A DNA stretch of 42,428 nt from NCBI GenBank assembly GCA_036478295.1, contig JAZGDW010000017.1:1-42428 (forward strand). The letters are read 5' to 3'. Positions 26,283-35,670 of this stretch are shown piece by piece. Within the stretch, counting starts at the first letter, position 1. The number at the start of each line of letters is the position of its first letter. The position numbers and the translations under genes are program-made. The stretch is from Candidatus Krumholzibacteriia bacterium. GTDB lineage: Bacteria; Krumholzibacteriota; Krumholzibacteriia; WVZY01. The notes under the pieces were generated by a model, which made no database searches, was not told the origin of the DNA, and was given only the letters and a program-made list of their open reading frames with translations.

Positions 26283-28682
26283 ATGAGCGAAGTTTCGAAA
26301 TGGCTCGAATGCGACGTACCGGCGGTCCTTCCCGTGCTGCTCCTCAAAAGCACGGTGCTCTTTCCCCTGCAGGTTGTGTCGGTCCAGATAGCGAAAAAGC
26401 CGAACTTGAGATTGCTCGAAGCGCACACCGGCCCCGATGAAATCGTCGGCGCGGGCGTATTCGTCGACCCCGAAGGAACGTATGTCAAAACAAATCTTGG
26501 ACCGGCGGCGGTCGCCTGCCGGGTGCTGAGCCGGATGAAGATGGGTCGTGGCATCACCCAGGTCGTGTTGCAGGGGCTTCGCCGCGTGGCGCTCACCGAG
26601 ATCGTCGCGTCCCGTCCTTATTTTATCTCGCGCGTGACCTGTGTCGACGCACAGGAGCGTGATAGCAAGGCCACGCGTGATCTCATCGCGCAGGTCATCC
26701 AGCTGGTCGAGAATCTGGTCGCGGTCGACGAGCGTTACACTGAGGAAATAGTCAAGGTGGTCCGGCTCAATGTCGAGAGCGGCTCACGCTGCGCGGACCT
26801 CGTCGCCAATATGGTGCAGCTCAGTTATGGCGACAAGCGGCGAGTGCTCGAGACGGCGGACGTTCCCGCGCGGCTGGCCCTGCTCGCCGATTTGCTGCGA
26901 CGCGAGATCGCCCGTGCCCGGATCGCCGGCGAGGTGCAGACGAAGGCCGAAGCTTCCATCGATCGCACGCAGCGAGAGGCCCTGCTCCGCGAGCAGTTGG
27001 AAATCGTCCGCCGCGAGTTGGACGAACTGGACCCTGCGGAGGCCGAGATCGCCCGTCTGGCCGCGTGTGTGGACGCCGCTGCGCTTCCTCCCCTGGTGGC
27101 CGAAGAGGCACACCGTGAGGTGCAGCGCCTGCACAGCGGGGCCGTCCGCGCCAGCGAGGGTTCCTCGATCCGGGCCTACATCGACTGGGTGCTCTCGATG
27201 CCCTGGGAGGCGGTGGCGCGGGAGCGCATCGACCTCCGCCGCGCCCGGAACATACTGGATAACCGCTACTTCGGTCTCGGCGACGCCCGTGACCGGCTGC
27301 TCGAGTTCCTCGCGGTGCGTAAGCTGCGGGGGAGCAACCGCCTGCCCCTGCTCGGCATCATGGGACCACCGGGCACCGGCCGGACGAGTCTCGCCCGCAC
27401 CGTGGCCGAGATACTCGGGCGGCCCCTGGTGCGCATTCCCATGCGCGGCATCCATGACGAGCAGGAGATTCAGGGATATCCGCGTACCGATGCCACAGCG
27501 CGACCGGGCCACATTCTCGACGGCCTGCGCAAGGTGGGTGTACGCAACCCGGTGATCCTGATCGACGAGATCGAACGCCTCGAGCCCTGGGAGGGCGAGC
27601 CGATGCTGGCGTTGTTGGAAGCGCTCGATCCTGCACGCAACACCCACTTTCGCGACTACTACCTGGGGGTGCCGTTCGATCTCTCACCGGTCCTCTTCAT
27701 CATTACCGGAAATATTCCGGAGGAGATTCCCAATACGCTCCTGGAATTCGTCTATATCATCGAGTTGGCGGGCTACACCGAGCGCGTCAAGCTGGCCATC
27801 ACCAAGGAATACATCTGGCCGCAGGTCGTCGAGGACCACGGTCTTACCCGAGCGAAGGTGCGCATAACCAGCGCCGCACTCCGGCGGATCATCAGCAACT
27901 ACACGCGTGAGGCGGGAGTGCGCGAGCTGACGAAGAGGCTGCAGGCGGTCTGCCGGCGGGCCGCGGTGAAAGTGGCGACCAACAAACACCGCCGCCTCTC
28001 CATCGACGTGCGAAGCCTCGAAGGCTACCTCGGTAAACCCATCTACACGGACGACCAGCTGGGCCGTGGGCCGCAGGTCGGCACCGCGACCGGGCTGGCG
28101 TGGACCGAGTCGGGCGGCGTGCTACTGCCGGTCGAGGCGCTGCTCATGCCGGGCGCCGGCTACACCACGGTGACTGGGTTACTCGGAGAGGTGATGGAAG
28201 AATCCGTCGAGGCGGCCATTTCCTACGTGCGCTCGCGCGCCGAGGAACTCAAGATTCCGGCGGACGTCTTCAAGAAAATGGACCTGCACGTCCATTTCCC
28301 CGAGGGGGCCATCCCCAAGGACGGTCCCTCGGCGGGCATCGCCGCGGTGACCACCATTGCCTCGCTGGCCTCCGGCCGTCCGGTACGCGACGACGTCGCC
28401 ATGACCGGGGAGATTTCGCTGCAGGGCCGCGTGCTTCCCGTGGGCGGCATTCGTGAGAAAGTGCTCGCCGCCTACCGGGCCGGTCTCCGGCACGTCATCC
28501 TGCCCAGGGGCAATGAGAGCGACCTGGACGAGGTGCCCCGCGAGGTGCGCGCGAAGATGCGCTTTCACCTAGTGGACGAAGTGGCCGAAGTCCTGCGCAT
28601 TGCCCTGCTGAAGAAGAGCGCGACGGCCCGGTCCGGCGCAGCCGTCCGGGCCAGAACTGGCGCGAGGGCGAGGCGGCGTTGA
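26283..28682 (+). CDS. lon: Lon (endopeptidase La) homologue with degenerate AAA+ module and intact Ser-Lys dyad
   Basis: LON N-domain, [84 protein letters not shown]. Confidence 0.92.
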   Translation: MSEVSKWLECDVPAVLPVLLLKSTVLFPLQVVSVQIAKKPNLRLLEAHTGPDEIVGAGVFVDPEGTYVKTNLGPAAVACRVLSRMKMGRGITQVVLQGLRRVALTEIVASRPYFISRVTCVDAQERDSKATRDLIAQVIQLVENLVAVDERYTEEIVKVVRLNVESGSRCADLVANMVQLSYGDKRRVLETADVPARLALLADLLRREIARARIAGEVQTKAEASIDRTQREALLREQLEIVRRELDELDPAEAEIARLAACVDAAALPPLVAEEAHREVQRLHSGAVRASEGSSIRAYIDWVLSMPWEAVARERIDLRRARNILDNRYFGLGDARDRLLEFLAVRKLRGSNRLPLLGIMGPPGTGRTSLARTVAEILGRPLVRIPMRGIHDEQEIQGYPRTDATARPGHILDGLRKVGVRNPVILIDEIERLEPWEGEPMLALLEALDPARNTHFRDYYLGVPFDLSPVLFIITGNIPEEIPNTLLEFVYIIELAGYTERVKLAITKEYIWPQVVEDHGLTRAKVRITSAALRRIISNYTREAGVRELTKRLQAVCRRAAVKVATNKHRRLSIDVRSLEGYLGKPIYTDDQLGRGPQVGTATGLAWTESGGVLLPVEALLMPGAGYTTVTGLLGEVMEESVEAAISYVRSRAEELKIPADVFKKMDLHVHFPEGAIPKDGPSAGIAAVTTIASLASGRPVRDDVAMTGEISLQGRVLPVGGIREKVLAAYRAGLRHVILPRGNESDLDEVPREVRAKMRFHLVDEVAEVLRIALLKKSATARSGAAVRARTGARARRR

Positions 28683-28724
28683 AGAAGATTCTTTGGACTA
28701 CCGACGCACAAGGAGCCATGACCC

Positions 28725-29645
28725 GTGCCCGTTGACAAGAGGGACATCTGCATCATCGGTGTGCCCATCGACCTCGGGGCCGGTCGTCGCGGCGTCGACA
28801 TGGGACCCTCGGCCATCCGCATCGCCGATATCGAACCGCGCCTCGAAGCACTCGGTTTCACGATCGAAGACTGCGGTGACCTGGACATCGCCATCCCTGA
28901 GCTTCAACGGGTGGGCCAGGGCAACTTGCGTTTCAAAGATTCGATTCTTGCCACGTGCCACCAGGTGATGGACGCCGTGCGCGGTGGCCTCGAGCAGGGC
29001 CGCTTTCCGCTGGTTCTCGGCGGTGATCACAGTCTCGCCATTGGCTCGATTGCGGGCTCGTCCGGTTATTTCGCGGAAAAGGACGAGGAGATCGGTGTCA
29101 TCTGGTTCGACGCCCACGGTGACTTCAACACCCCGCAGACCACCCCCTCGGGTAACATCCACGGTATGTCGCTGGCCGTCTCCGTAGGCCTGGGCGATGG
29201 CGATCTCGTTGGCCTCGGCGGCCGATCACCGAAGGTCAACCCGGAGAAGACGGTTATTATCGGCTTGCGTGACCTGGACGACCGGGAGAAGGAGAATATC
29301 CGGAGTGCCGGCGTCACCGTGTACACGATGAGGGATCTCGACGAGCGCGGCCTGCGGCGTGTGTTTGACGACGCCATCAAAACCGCCGGTGACGGCACTG
29401 CGGGGATTCACCTGTCGTTCGATCTCGACGTCATCGATCCCCAGGTGGCCCCGGGCACCGGAACGCCGGTTCGCGGCGGCGTATCCTACCGCGAAGCCCA
29501 CCTCGCCATGGAGATGCTCGGCGACCATGCGAACGTCGTTTCCATGGACATGGTCGAGGTCAACCCCGTCCTCGATATCCAGAATCAGACGGCGCTCCTC
29601 GGCGTCGAACTCGTACTGAGTTTGATGGGGAAACGGATCCTGTAA
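28725..29645 (+). CDS. rocF: Arginase
   Basis: GAGRRGVDMGPSAIR, GGDHS, WFDAHGDFNT, SGNIHGM, SFDLD, APGTGTPV, EVNP. Confidence 0.95.
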   Translation: MPVDKRDICIIGVPIDLGAGRRGVDMGPSAIRIADIEPRLEALGFTIEDCGDLDIAIPELQRVGQGNLRFKDSILATCHQVMDAVRGGLEQGRFPLVLGGDHSLAIGSIAGSSGYFAEKDEEIGVIWFDAHGDFNTPQTTPSGNIHGMSLAVSVGLGDGDLVGLGGRSPKVNPEKTVIIGLRDLDDREKENIRSAGVTVYTMRDLDERGLRRVFDDAIKTAGDGTAGIHLSFDLDVIDPQVAPGTGTPVRGGVSYREAHLAMEMLGDHANVVSMDMVEVNPVLDIQNQTALLGVELVLSLMGKRIL

Positions 29646-29671
29646 GCACGGTACCGCTCGGCACCAACGGT

Positions 29672-30133
29672 CTATCTGAAGAGCTCCTTGATGGCTCCCC
29701 AGGTCCCGTTCTCGACGGGTGTGGTCTCCTGCCTGGCGACGACCATCGTGACGATGTAGTCCTTCGGATCGATGATCACCGGGTCCTCCGGAAACGGCGA
29801 AACGTTCAGCAACCTCACGACAAGCCCACGGAATGGCACTTCGCTTCGAAAATCCGGATGGGTGTTTAGCTCGAAGAACGTCCTGTCTCGCGGAGACGTT
29901 TCAGCCCAGACGAGACCGGTCGCATTGCCTTCCCAGATGCAATCCACGTTGAGCGGGCAACGACTGTCGGACGTTATCCTGTCGAACCCGACACGAACCC
30001 CCGTGTCGGCGATGAGCACGGATTTGCCGACTCCGAGGTCGAAGGGTTCGCCGATTCGCACCTGTGCGTTTGCGGTTGGGACGAGAACAAAACCCAGAAC
30101 AAGGGCAATCCAGAAGGATTGTTTGGGGCGCAT
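29672..30133 (-). CDS. Small secreted protein (DSRCP..V.C.WEG domain) with C-terminal TPVENGTWGAIKELFR tail
   Basis: ATG 30133 with GGAGGT; signal peptide ending ANA-Q; SDSRCPLNVDCIWEG. Confidence 0.85.
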   Translation of the reverse strand: MRPKQSFWIALVLGFVLVPTANAQVRIGEPFDLGVGKSVLIADTGVRVGFDRITSDSRCPLNVDCIWEGNATGLVWAETSPRDRTFFELNTHPDFRSEVPFRGLVVRLLNVSPFPEDPVIIDPKDYIVTMVVARQETTPVENGTWGAIKELFR

Positions 30134-30292
30134 GAAATTCACCTCCGAGGGGACCGCGGCTTGCGATCCCTGTCCACTGGAAGTGGGGCAAGATAAGAAT
30201 ACGGCATCGAGTGCGCCGCGGGCAAGAGCTAAATGCGACCCGCTATGGCTCTCCCTGGCCGTGCGGACGGTGCACCCCGTAAATTCATGACA

Positions 30293-30308
30293 TTTGACAT
30301 AGGTCAAA
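30293..30308. promoter_or_regulatory. Palindromic TTTGAC-N4-GTCAAA operator (FNR-box-like)
   Basis: TTTGAC-ATAG-GTCAAA has perfect 6-bp arms and lies in the divergent intergenic region. Confidence 0.55.
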
Positions 30309-30421
30309 CATTTCTGGCAAAATCGGTCCGTTGACCTACAGGCGCCCGCTCGATCATCGGTGCGCGCCGGCACGAATCAAAAATTTTCGAACTGCGGTTG
30401 AACGCGAGGACTCCTGGCGGC

Positions 30422-33352
30422 ATGATCGGCAAGACGGTCTCCCACTACAAGATCATCGAGAGAATAGGTGCGGGCGGAATGGGTGAGGTGTATCTGGCCG
30501 AGGATACCGAGCTGCGGCGCAGGGTCGCGTTGAAGTTCCTGCCACCCGGCTACTCGACCGCACCCGATGTCCTCACTCGCTTCAAGCGCGAGGCACGCGC
30601 CGCCGCCGCCCTCAACCATCCCAACATCATCACCATTCACGAGGTAGCCATGCACGGGGACCGCCCCTATATCGTTATGGCCTACGTCGAGGGTGAGTCA
30701 CTGAGCGAGCAAATTCGTTCCAAATCCCTGTCACTGCCGACCGTTATCGATATTGCCATCCAGATCGGTGAAGGGCTGTCCAAGGCCCACCAGGCGGACG
30801 TCGTTCACCGCGATCTCAAACCGGACAATATCGTCATCGACGAAGACGGCCGGGCCAAGATACTGGATTTCGGTCTGGCGAAGCTAAGGGGCGCCACGAA
30901 GCTTACCGACGAGGCATCGACTCTTGGGACTGTCTTCTACATGTCACCCGAACAGACAAGAGGCGAAGATGTCGGTCCCCGCTCCGATCTTTTCTCGCTC
31001 GGCACGGTGCTCTACGAGATGATAACCGGCCAGCTGCCGTTCGGCGGCGAACACATGGCAGCTGTTATGTACGCGATCACGACGGAGGAACCGCAGCCGC
31101 TAAGGCGTTTCAACAACGATGTCACACCCGGCCTGGAACGAATTGTCTTCAAGATGCTGGCCAAGGATCCCGGGGAGCGTTACCAAACCGCCGCGGACCT
31201 GGTCGCGGATCTCAAACACGAACGGAAACTCTCGCAACTGAACGCGTCCACAGCGCGCCGCCGATCTGGCCCTCGTAAACGAGGACCACGCACTCTCAAG
31301 ATCGCTATCCCCTCATCGCTATTGTTCATCGCCATTCTACTCGTGTTGATACTCAAACCGTTTCGCGTTGAAATAGCGCCGGACCGGCAGGCGGAGGCTT
31401 CTGAAAACATGCTCGCTGTAATGTACTTCGAGAACCTCGCCGATCGCGGCGACGAAAAACGTCTGGGGGAGATCATCACCAGCTTGCTGATCACCGACCT
31501 CTCGGCCTCGGATGCTCTCCGCGTGGTCTCCAGCCAGCGCCTCTATGACATATTGAAGGGACTCGATAAGGAGGGCACCAGGAACATCGATCGCAACACG
31601 GCGACGCTCGTCGCGAACAGGGCGGGCGCACAGTGGATGCTCCTCGGCAACATTCTCCAGGCAGAACCTACCCTGGTTGTAACATACCAGCTCGTCGACG
31701 TGGCCAGCGGGGACGTGAAGGACTCCCAACGCGTCGACGGCGCGAGTGGGGAATCAATCTTCTCTCTCGTGGATCGGATGACCGTCGAGCTAAGGAACGA
31801 ACTCTCGCTCACGCTTGCCACGCGTGGTGATATCGACAGGCCGGTTGCGGAGATCACGACAAGCTCGCCCGATGCCTACCGTCATTATCTCGAGGGAATG
31901 GAGCACCTCAATAAGAACTACAAGGAGGAAGCGATCGAGAGCTTCAGGAAGGCCATCGAAATCGACAGCACACTCGCGATGGCACACCTGGAGTTGGCCG
32001 TTCCAAACCTGCCGCTTTCGTTCGCGGAGAAACAGCGACACGTCAAGTTGGCACGGCGCTACTCCACCAAGGTCAGCGAGCGTGACCGCCACTTCATAAA
32101 TTCACTTTACGCGATCTATTTTGGAAGAACTTCAGAGTCCATCAGGGAATTGCACGCTGTCATCGCGAAACATCCTGATGACAAGCGAGCGTACTACGGT
32201 TTATCGGTTATCCACTGGATTGTACTGTCAAAACGTGACCAGGCACTGACCTATGCCAGAAAAGCCATCGAATTAGACCCGCTCTACAAGCTTGCCTACA
32301 ACCGGCTCGCTTACATCTACATCGACCTCGGCGAATATGAAAAGGCTCTGGAGGCGGTCGACACGTACATCGCACTGGGTCCGGACGAGCCCAACCCGTA
32401 CGATACCCAGGCAGAGGTGTATGGGCTCCTTGGCAGGCTCGACGACGCGATAAACGGCTACAAGAAAGCCATCGAGATCAAGCCCGATTTCGGAATTGCC
32501 GCAGTTAGCCTGGGAAACATGTATCTTTTTCGACAGGACTATGCGACCGCGGAAGCGTACTACCGACAATATCTCAGCCACCAAACAGCCGACCTGCGGG
32601 CGGCAGCGCGGCATGCGCTGAGTCGTGTACCTTTGCATCAGGGAAAGTTCGAAAATACCCTGGCGATGCTGGATCGTTACATCGCCGCTGATGAAGCGGA
32701 CCCGTACGGAGGCGAGTACAGCGGCGAGTTCCGTGCGGACAAGTATTGGTCGAAGGCGCTCGTATACACGCAGTTGGGCGATTATCGAAAGGCAATCGCA
32801 GCAGGCCAAAAAGCGCTCGAGATAGAACGCACGAGTGGTCGGGGCGGATCGTGGCGTACCCTGGTGGAGTTGCACGCCCGCAGCAAGGATTTTGCGGCCG
32901 CTGAGACGCTCTTGAGCTCGACGACCCTCGACACCACCCGCTGGAGCGGAGAGGACAGGGCAGAATTCTATTACTCGCACGGAATTATCGAATTCGAAAA
33001 AGGCTCTTACGCCGCGGCGTGTGACCATTTTGAGCGGGCGGTGTTCGACGATCCTGAGTTCTACACGCAGTATGCCCTGGCGGTGGCATACTTGAAGGCC
33101 AACCGGCTGACAGAGGCCGTGCGGGCCTTCGAGAGAATCCTGAACGAGTACTCAAGGCAACGCGCCGATGACCCGATCAATTCCGTACTCGTCTACTACT
33201 ACGCCGGTTTGGCCTATCAAGACTCGGGAATGAACGTCAAGGCTGTCGCGCAGTTTGAGAGATTTCTCGATATCTGGAAAGACGCCGATCCGGGTATCGA
33301 GGAGATGGCAGATGCCCGTCGCCGCCTGGATTCTCTCAAGGGCGGGACCTAG
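30422..33352 (+). CDS. Hanks-type Ser/Thr protein kinase with TM helix, TolB-N-like domain and TPR repeats
   Basis: IGAGGMGEVY, VALK, HRDLKPDN, DFG, YMSPEQ, DLFSLG; TM IAIPSSLLFIAILLVLIL; LAVMYFEN; multiple TPRs. Confidence 0.95.
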   Translation: MIGKTVSHYKIIERIGAGGMGEVYLAEDTELRRRVALKFLPPGYSTAPDVLTRFKREARAAAALNHPNIITIHEVAMHGDRPYIVMAYVEGESLSEQIRSKSLSLPTVIDIAIQIGEGLSKAHQADVVHRDLKPDNIVIDEDGRAKILDFGLAKLRGATKLTDEASTLGTVFYMSPEQTRGEDVGPRSDLFSLGTVLYEMITGQLPFGGEHMAAVMYAITTEEPQPLRRFNNDVTPGLERIVFKMLAKDPGERYQTAADLVADLKHERKLSQLNASTARRRSGPRKRGPRTLKIAIPSSLLFIAILLVLILKPFRVEIAPDRQAEASENMLAVMYFENLADRGDEKRLGEIITSLLITDLSASDALRVVSSQRLYDILKGLDKEGTRNIDRNTATLVANRAGAQWMLLGNILQAEPTLVVTYQLVDVASGDVKDSQRVDGASGESIFSLVDRMTVELRNELSLTLATRGDIDRPVAEITTSSPDAYRHYLEGMEHLNKNYKEEAIESFRKAIEIDSTLAMAHLELAVPNLPLSFAEKQRHVKLARRYSTKVSERDRHFINSLYAIYFGRTSESIRELHAVIAKHPDDKRAYYGLSVIHWIVLSKRDQALTYARKAIELDPLYKLAYNRLAYIYIDLGEYEKALEAVDTYIALGPDEPNPYDTQAEVYGLLGRLDDAINGYKKAIEIKPDFGIAAVSLGNMYLFRQDYATAEAYYRQYLSHQTADLRAAARHALSRVPLHQGKFENTLAMLDRYIAADEADPYGGEYSGEFRADKYWSKALVYTQLGDYRKAIAAGQKALEIERTSGRGGSWRTLVELHARSKDFAAAETLLSSTTLDTTRWSGEDRAEFYYSHGIIEFEKGSYAAACDHFERAVFDDPEFYTQYALAVAYLKANRLTEAVRAFERILNEYSRQRADDPINSVLVYYYAGLAYQDSGMNVKAVAQFERFLDIWKDADPGIEEMADARRRLDSLKGGT

Positions 33353-33375
33353 ATCTCTTGGCCCAAGGGTCCAGC

Positions 33376-34380
33376 ATGCGAACTTGGAAATCTGCGGCGA
33401 CACTCGCTGTGTTGCTCGCTTCACCCGTGTGGGCGGGGACCGTCTTCAACGACGGCCTCATCCACAACATATCCGACGGGAGCCTTTCCGGGTGCTGGAT
33501 CGATGTTCACTCCGGTCCCCGCGGGACAGCAACGACGTTGAACGTTTTGCCGGGCGCCGTGCTCGATTCCGGCCTGGACGCATCGGCCATCAACTCGCCC
33601 CTCGGCGAGGAATCGATTATCAATATCTCCGGCGGCACTATTACCGGAAACTTCGTCGCCGTGGACTGTCAGACGGCTGGGCCTCATTCGATCTCCGGCG
33701 GCATGATCAGCGGTGGGACGTACGGCGTCATACTACGGGAAGGCGCGTACTCGATCTCCGGCGGCGTCATCTCGGGCCCGCTACCGGCGTGGTTCAGGAC
33801 GAACGCCGTCGTCGATTTCATCGGCGGCACCCTCGACGGCGACGGCGGCGCTATCGTGTCGGATAACGCGCAGTTGAATGTCCACTCGGGACTCATGCAA
33901 TCGGTCAACTTTCACGCGGTCACCGCATCCCACAATTCCACAACGCACATCTACGGTGGCACAATGACAGGGGTGGAAACGAGTGGCAACGCCACCCTCA
34001 CGATCCACGGTGGCACGATCACCGCTCCGGCGGGCAAACCCAACGCCATTGTGGTGCGGAACGGTATCGTGAACATCCGCGGGGGAGATATTCACGGCAA
34101 TACTACCTCAGGCGGTGTCGAGCTCATTACGTTTCAGGGGACGGTCAGCATCTACGGAACCAATTTCGACCACCCCGTGGGGCCTTTGCCGTTGGGCGAC
34201 GGCGCGATTGTGAGTGGAACGTTGGAGAGTGGTGTGGCGTTTTCGTGGCGATACTCCAACGTGAACGGCGGCATGATCCACTTGATTCGGTCGACGGTCG
34301 CGACGAAAGAGTTCACGCTGGGCGCAGTCAAGGCAATGTATTTGGGAACGGCTCCCCTGCCACCCGTCCCTCGGCCGTAA
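33376..34380 (+). CDS. Secreted Gly-rich repeat (xxISGG) protein with variant tail VATKEFTLGAVKAMY
   Basis: Signal peptide ending VWA-G; repeated I/V-x-G-G-x-I units; VSGTLESG near the end. Confidence 0.85.
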   Translation: MRTWKSAATLAVLLASPVWAGTVFNDGLIHNISDGSLSGCWIDVHSGPRGTATTLNVLPGAVLDSGLDASAINSPLGEESIINISGGTITGNFVAVDCQTAGPHSISGGMISGGTYGVILREGAYSISGGVISGPLPAWFRTNAVVDFIGGTLDGDGGAIVSDNAQLNVHSGLMQSVNFHAVTASHNSTTHIYGGTMTGVETSGNATLTIHGGTITAPAGKPNAIVVRNGIVNIRGGDIHGNTTSGGVELITFQGTVSIYGTNFDHPVGPLPLGDGAIVSGTLESGVAFSWRYSNVNGGMIHLIRSTVATKEFTLGAVKAMYLGTAPLPPVPRP

Positions 34381-34460
34381 CCTGGTCGGCTTCCACGTAG
34401 TTCACAGCGACCGCGCCGAATCTCCTGTGAGTACCCCCTCCCCCGTAGAGTAATCTCCCC

Positions 34461-34489
34461 TTGACTCGCCCAGTCGCCCTCGCCATAAT
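34461..34489 (+). promoter_or_regulatory. Sigma-70 promoter of the tetR-hcrCAB operon; predicted +1 coincides with the tetR ATG
   Basis: TTGACT-17 nt-CATAAT, with A of ATG 7 nt after the -10 element. Confidence 0.7.
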
Positions 34490-34525
34490 TGAACGATGGT
34501 TAGAATTTTGAACGATGGTTTGAAT
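34489..34525. promoter_or_regulatory. Tandem 18-bp operator repeat overlapping the transcription and translation start
   Basis: TTGAACGATGGTTAGAAT (34489-34506) and TTGAACGATGGTTTGAAT (34508-34525), 17/18 identical, each with an AAC-N4-GTT dyad. Confidence 0.75.
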
Positions 34526-35152
34526 GAGCGCCTCGAGCGGCGTGCCCTGACCCGGCGGCTGGAGATCCTGCGGGCGGCCGGGAGGACGTTTCGCCGGCTT
34601 GGGTTCGTCGATGCGGGAATGCGTGAGATTGCAATGGAGGCCGACCTCTCCCCGGGTAATCTCTACTACTACTTCACCGGCAAAGATGAGATTCTGTTTT
34701 TCTGCCAGGATCGCTCGCTGGACGCGATGCTGGAATCGCTCGCGGCCGCAACGCGATGCGCGGAGTCGTCCGCAGAGAAACTGCACCGCGTGGTGATCGC
34801 ACATCTTCGTGTCCTGCTGGACGAGCTCGAGGGTTCCACAGCGCACCTGGAGATCAATTCCCTGCCCGCCGAGCTGCGTGAGAAGCTGGTGGAGAAACGT
34901 GACCGCTACGAGCGCGGCATCCGCCGTTTGATCTCGACGGGGGTTCGCGGCGGTGAGTTCGCGCCGTGTGACCCCAAGCTGGTGACCCGCGCCATCCTGG
35001 GCGCGCTCAACTGGACGGCACTATGGTACCGGTCCGACGGAACCCGCTCGGTGACCTCCGTTGCCGGGTCGTTCGCAAGTTACCTCGTTCGCGGGTTGGT
35101 CGCCGAAACGCCAATGGATCGTTCGAAGACGCGCCGTGGAGGTTCCGAGTGA
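34496..35152 (+). CDS. TetR family regulator (KstR2/PaaR-like C-terminal domain)
   Basis: ILRAAGRTFRRLGF...MREIA.EA.LSPGNLYYYF.GKDEIL; ILGALNWTALWYR.DG. Confidence 0.93.
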   Translation: MVRILNDGLNERLERRALTRRLEILRAAGRTFRRLGFVDAGMREIAMEADLSPGNLYYYFTGKDEILFFCQDRSLDAMLESLAAATRCAESSAEKLHRVVIAHLRVLLDELEGSTAHLEINSLPAELREKLVEKRDRYERGIRRLISTGVRGGEFAPCDPKLVTRAILGALNWTALWYRSDGTRSVTSVAGSFASYLVRGLVAETPMDRSKTRRGGSE

Positions 35153-35670
35153 AAAAAATCGAAGGAAAAACGAAAGCCCACATGACCGTGACCATCAACG
35201 ACGAGGCGGCAGAGGTTTCGTTCGCCCCGTACAAGACCCTGCTCGAGGTGCTGCGCGAAGACATGGGATTGATGGGCACCAAGCATGGCTGCGAACTGGG
35301 CGAGTGCGGAGCCTGCGCGGTGTTACTGGACGGGGAGCCGGTGCTCTCCTGCCTCATTCTGGGTGTCGAGTGTGACGGTCGCGACATAACAACGGTCGAG
35401 GGCTTGCAGCGGGATGGCCGCCTGCATCCGTTGCAGGAAGCGTTCGCAGACCTCGGCGGTGCGCAGTGTGGTTACTGCACGCCGGCCATACTGGTCACCG
35501 CGAAAGCACTGCTGGAAAAAGTTGCCAACCCCAGCCGGGAACAAATCCGCGAGGCGTTGTCCGGTGTGCTTTGCCGCTGTACGGGCTACCAACAGATATT
35601 CGAATCGGTGGAGGAGGCGATGGTGAGAATGAAAAGCGGAAGCGCTCAACCCGAGGAGGCGAAGCGATGA
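35149..35670 (+). CDS. hcrC: 2x[2Fe-2S] subunit of a xanthine-oxidase-family enzyme (HcrC-like)
   Basis: GTKHGCELGECGAC...SC, QCGYCTP, CRCTGY; GTGA overlap with tetR and GGAGG RBS. Confidence 0.88.
   Translation: MKKIEGKTKAHMTVTINDEAAEVSFAPYKTLLEVLREDMGLMGTKHGCELGECGACAVLLDGEPVLSCLILGVECDGRDITTVEGLQRDGRLHPLQEAFADLGGAQCGYCTPAILVTAKALLEKVANPSREQIREALSGVLCRCTGYQQIFESVEEAMVRMKSGSAQPEEAKR

Noticed and set aside
26283..28682. lon as a pseudogene
   Set aside because: Uninterrupted 799-codon frame with a well-conserved protease domain; the changes are concentrated in motor residues.
35466..35666. Upstream extensions of hcrA (and of hcrC from 35023) in the ORF track
   Set aside because: They overlap upstream genes; the real starts are the GTGA and ATGA coupled codons at 35149 and 35667.
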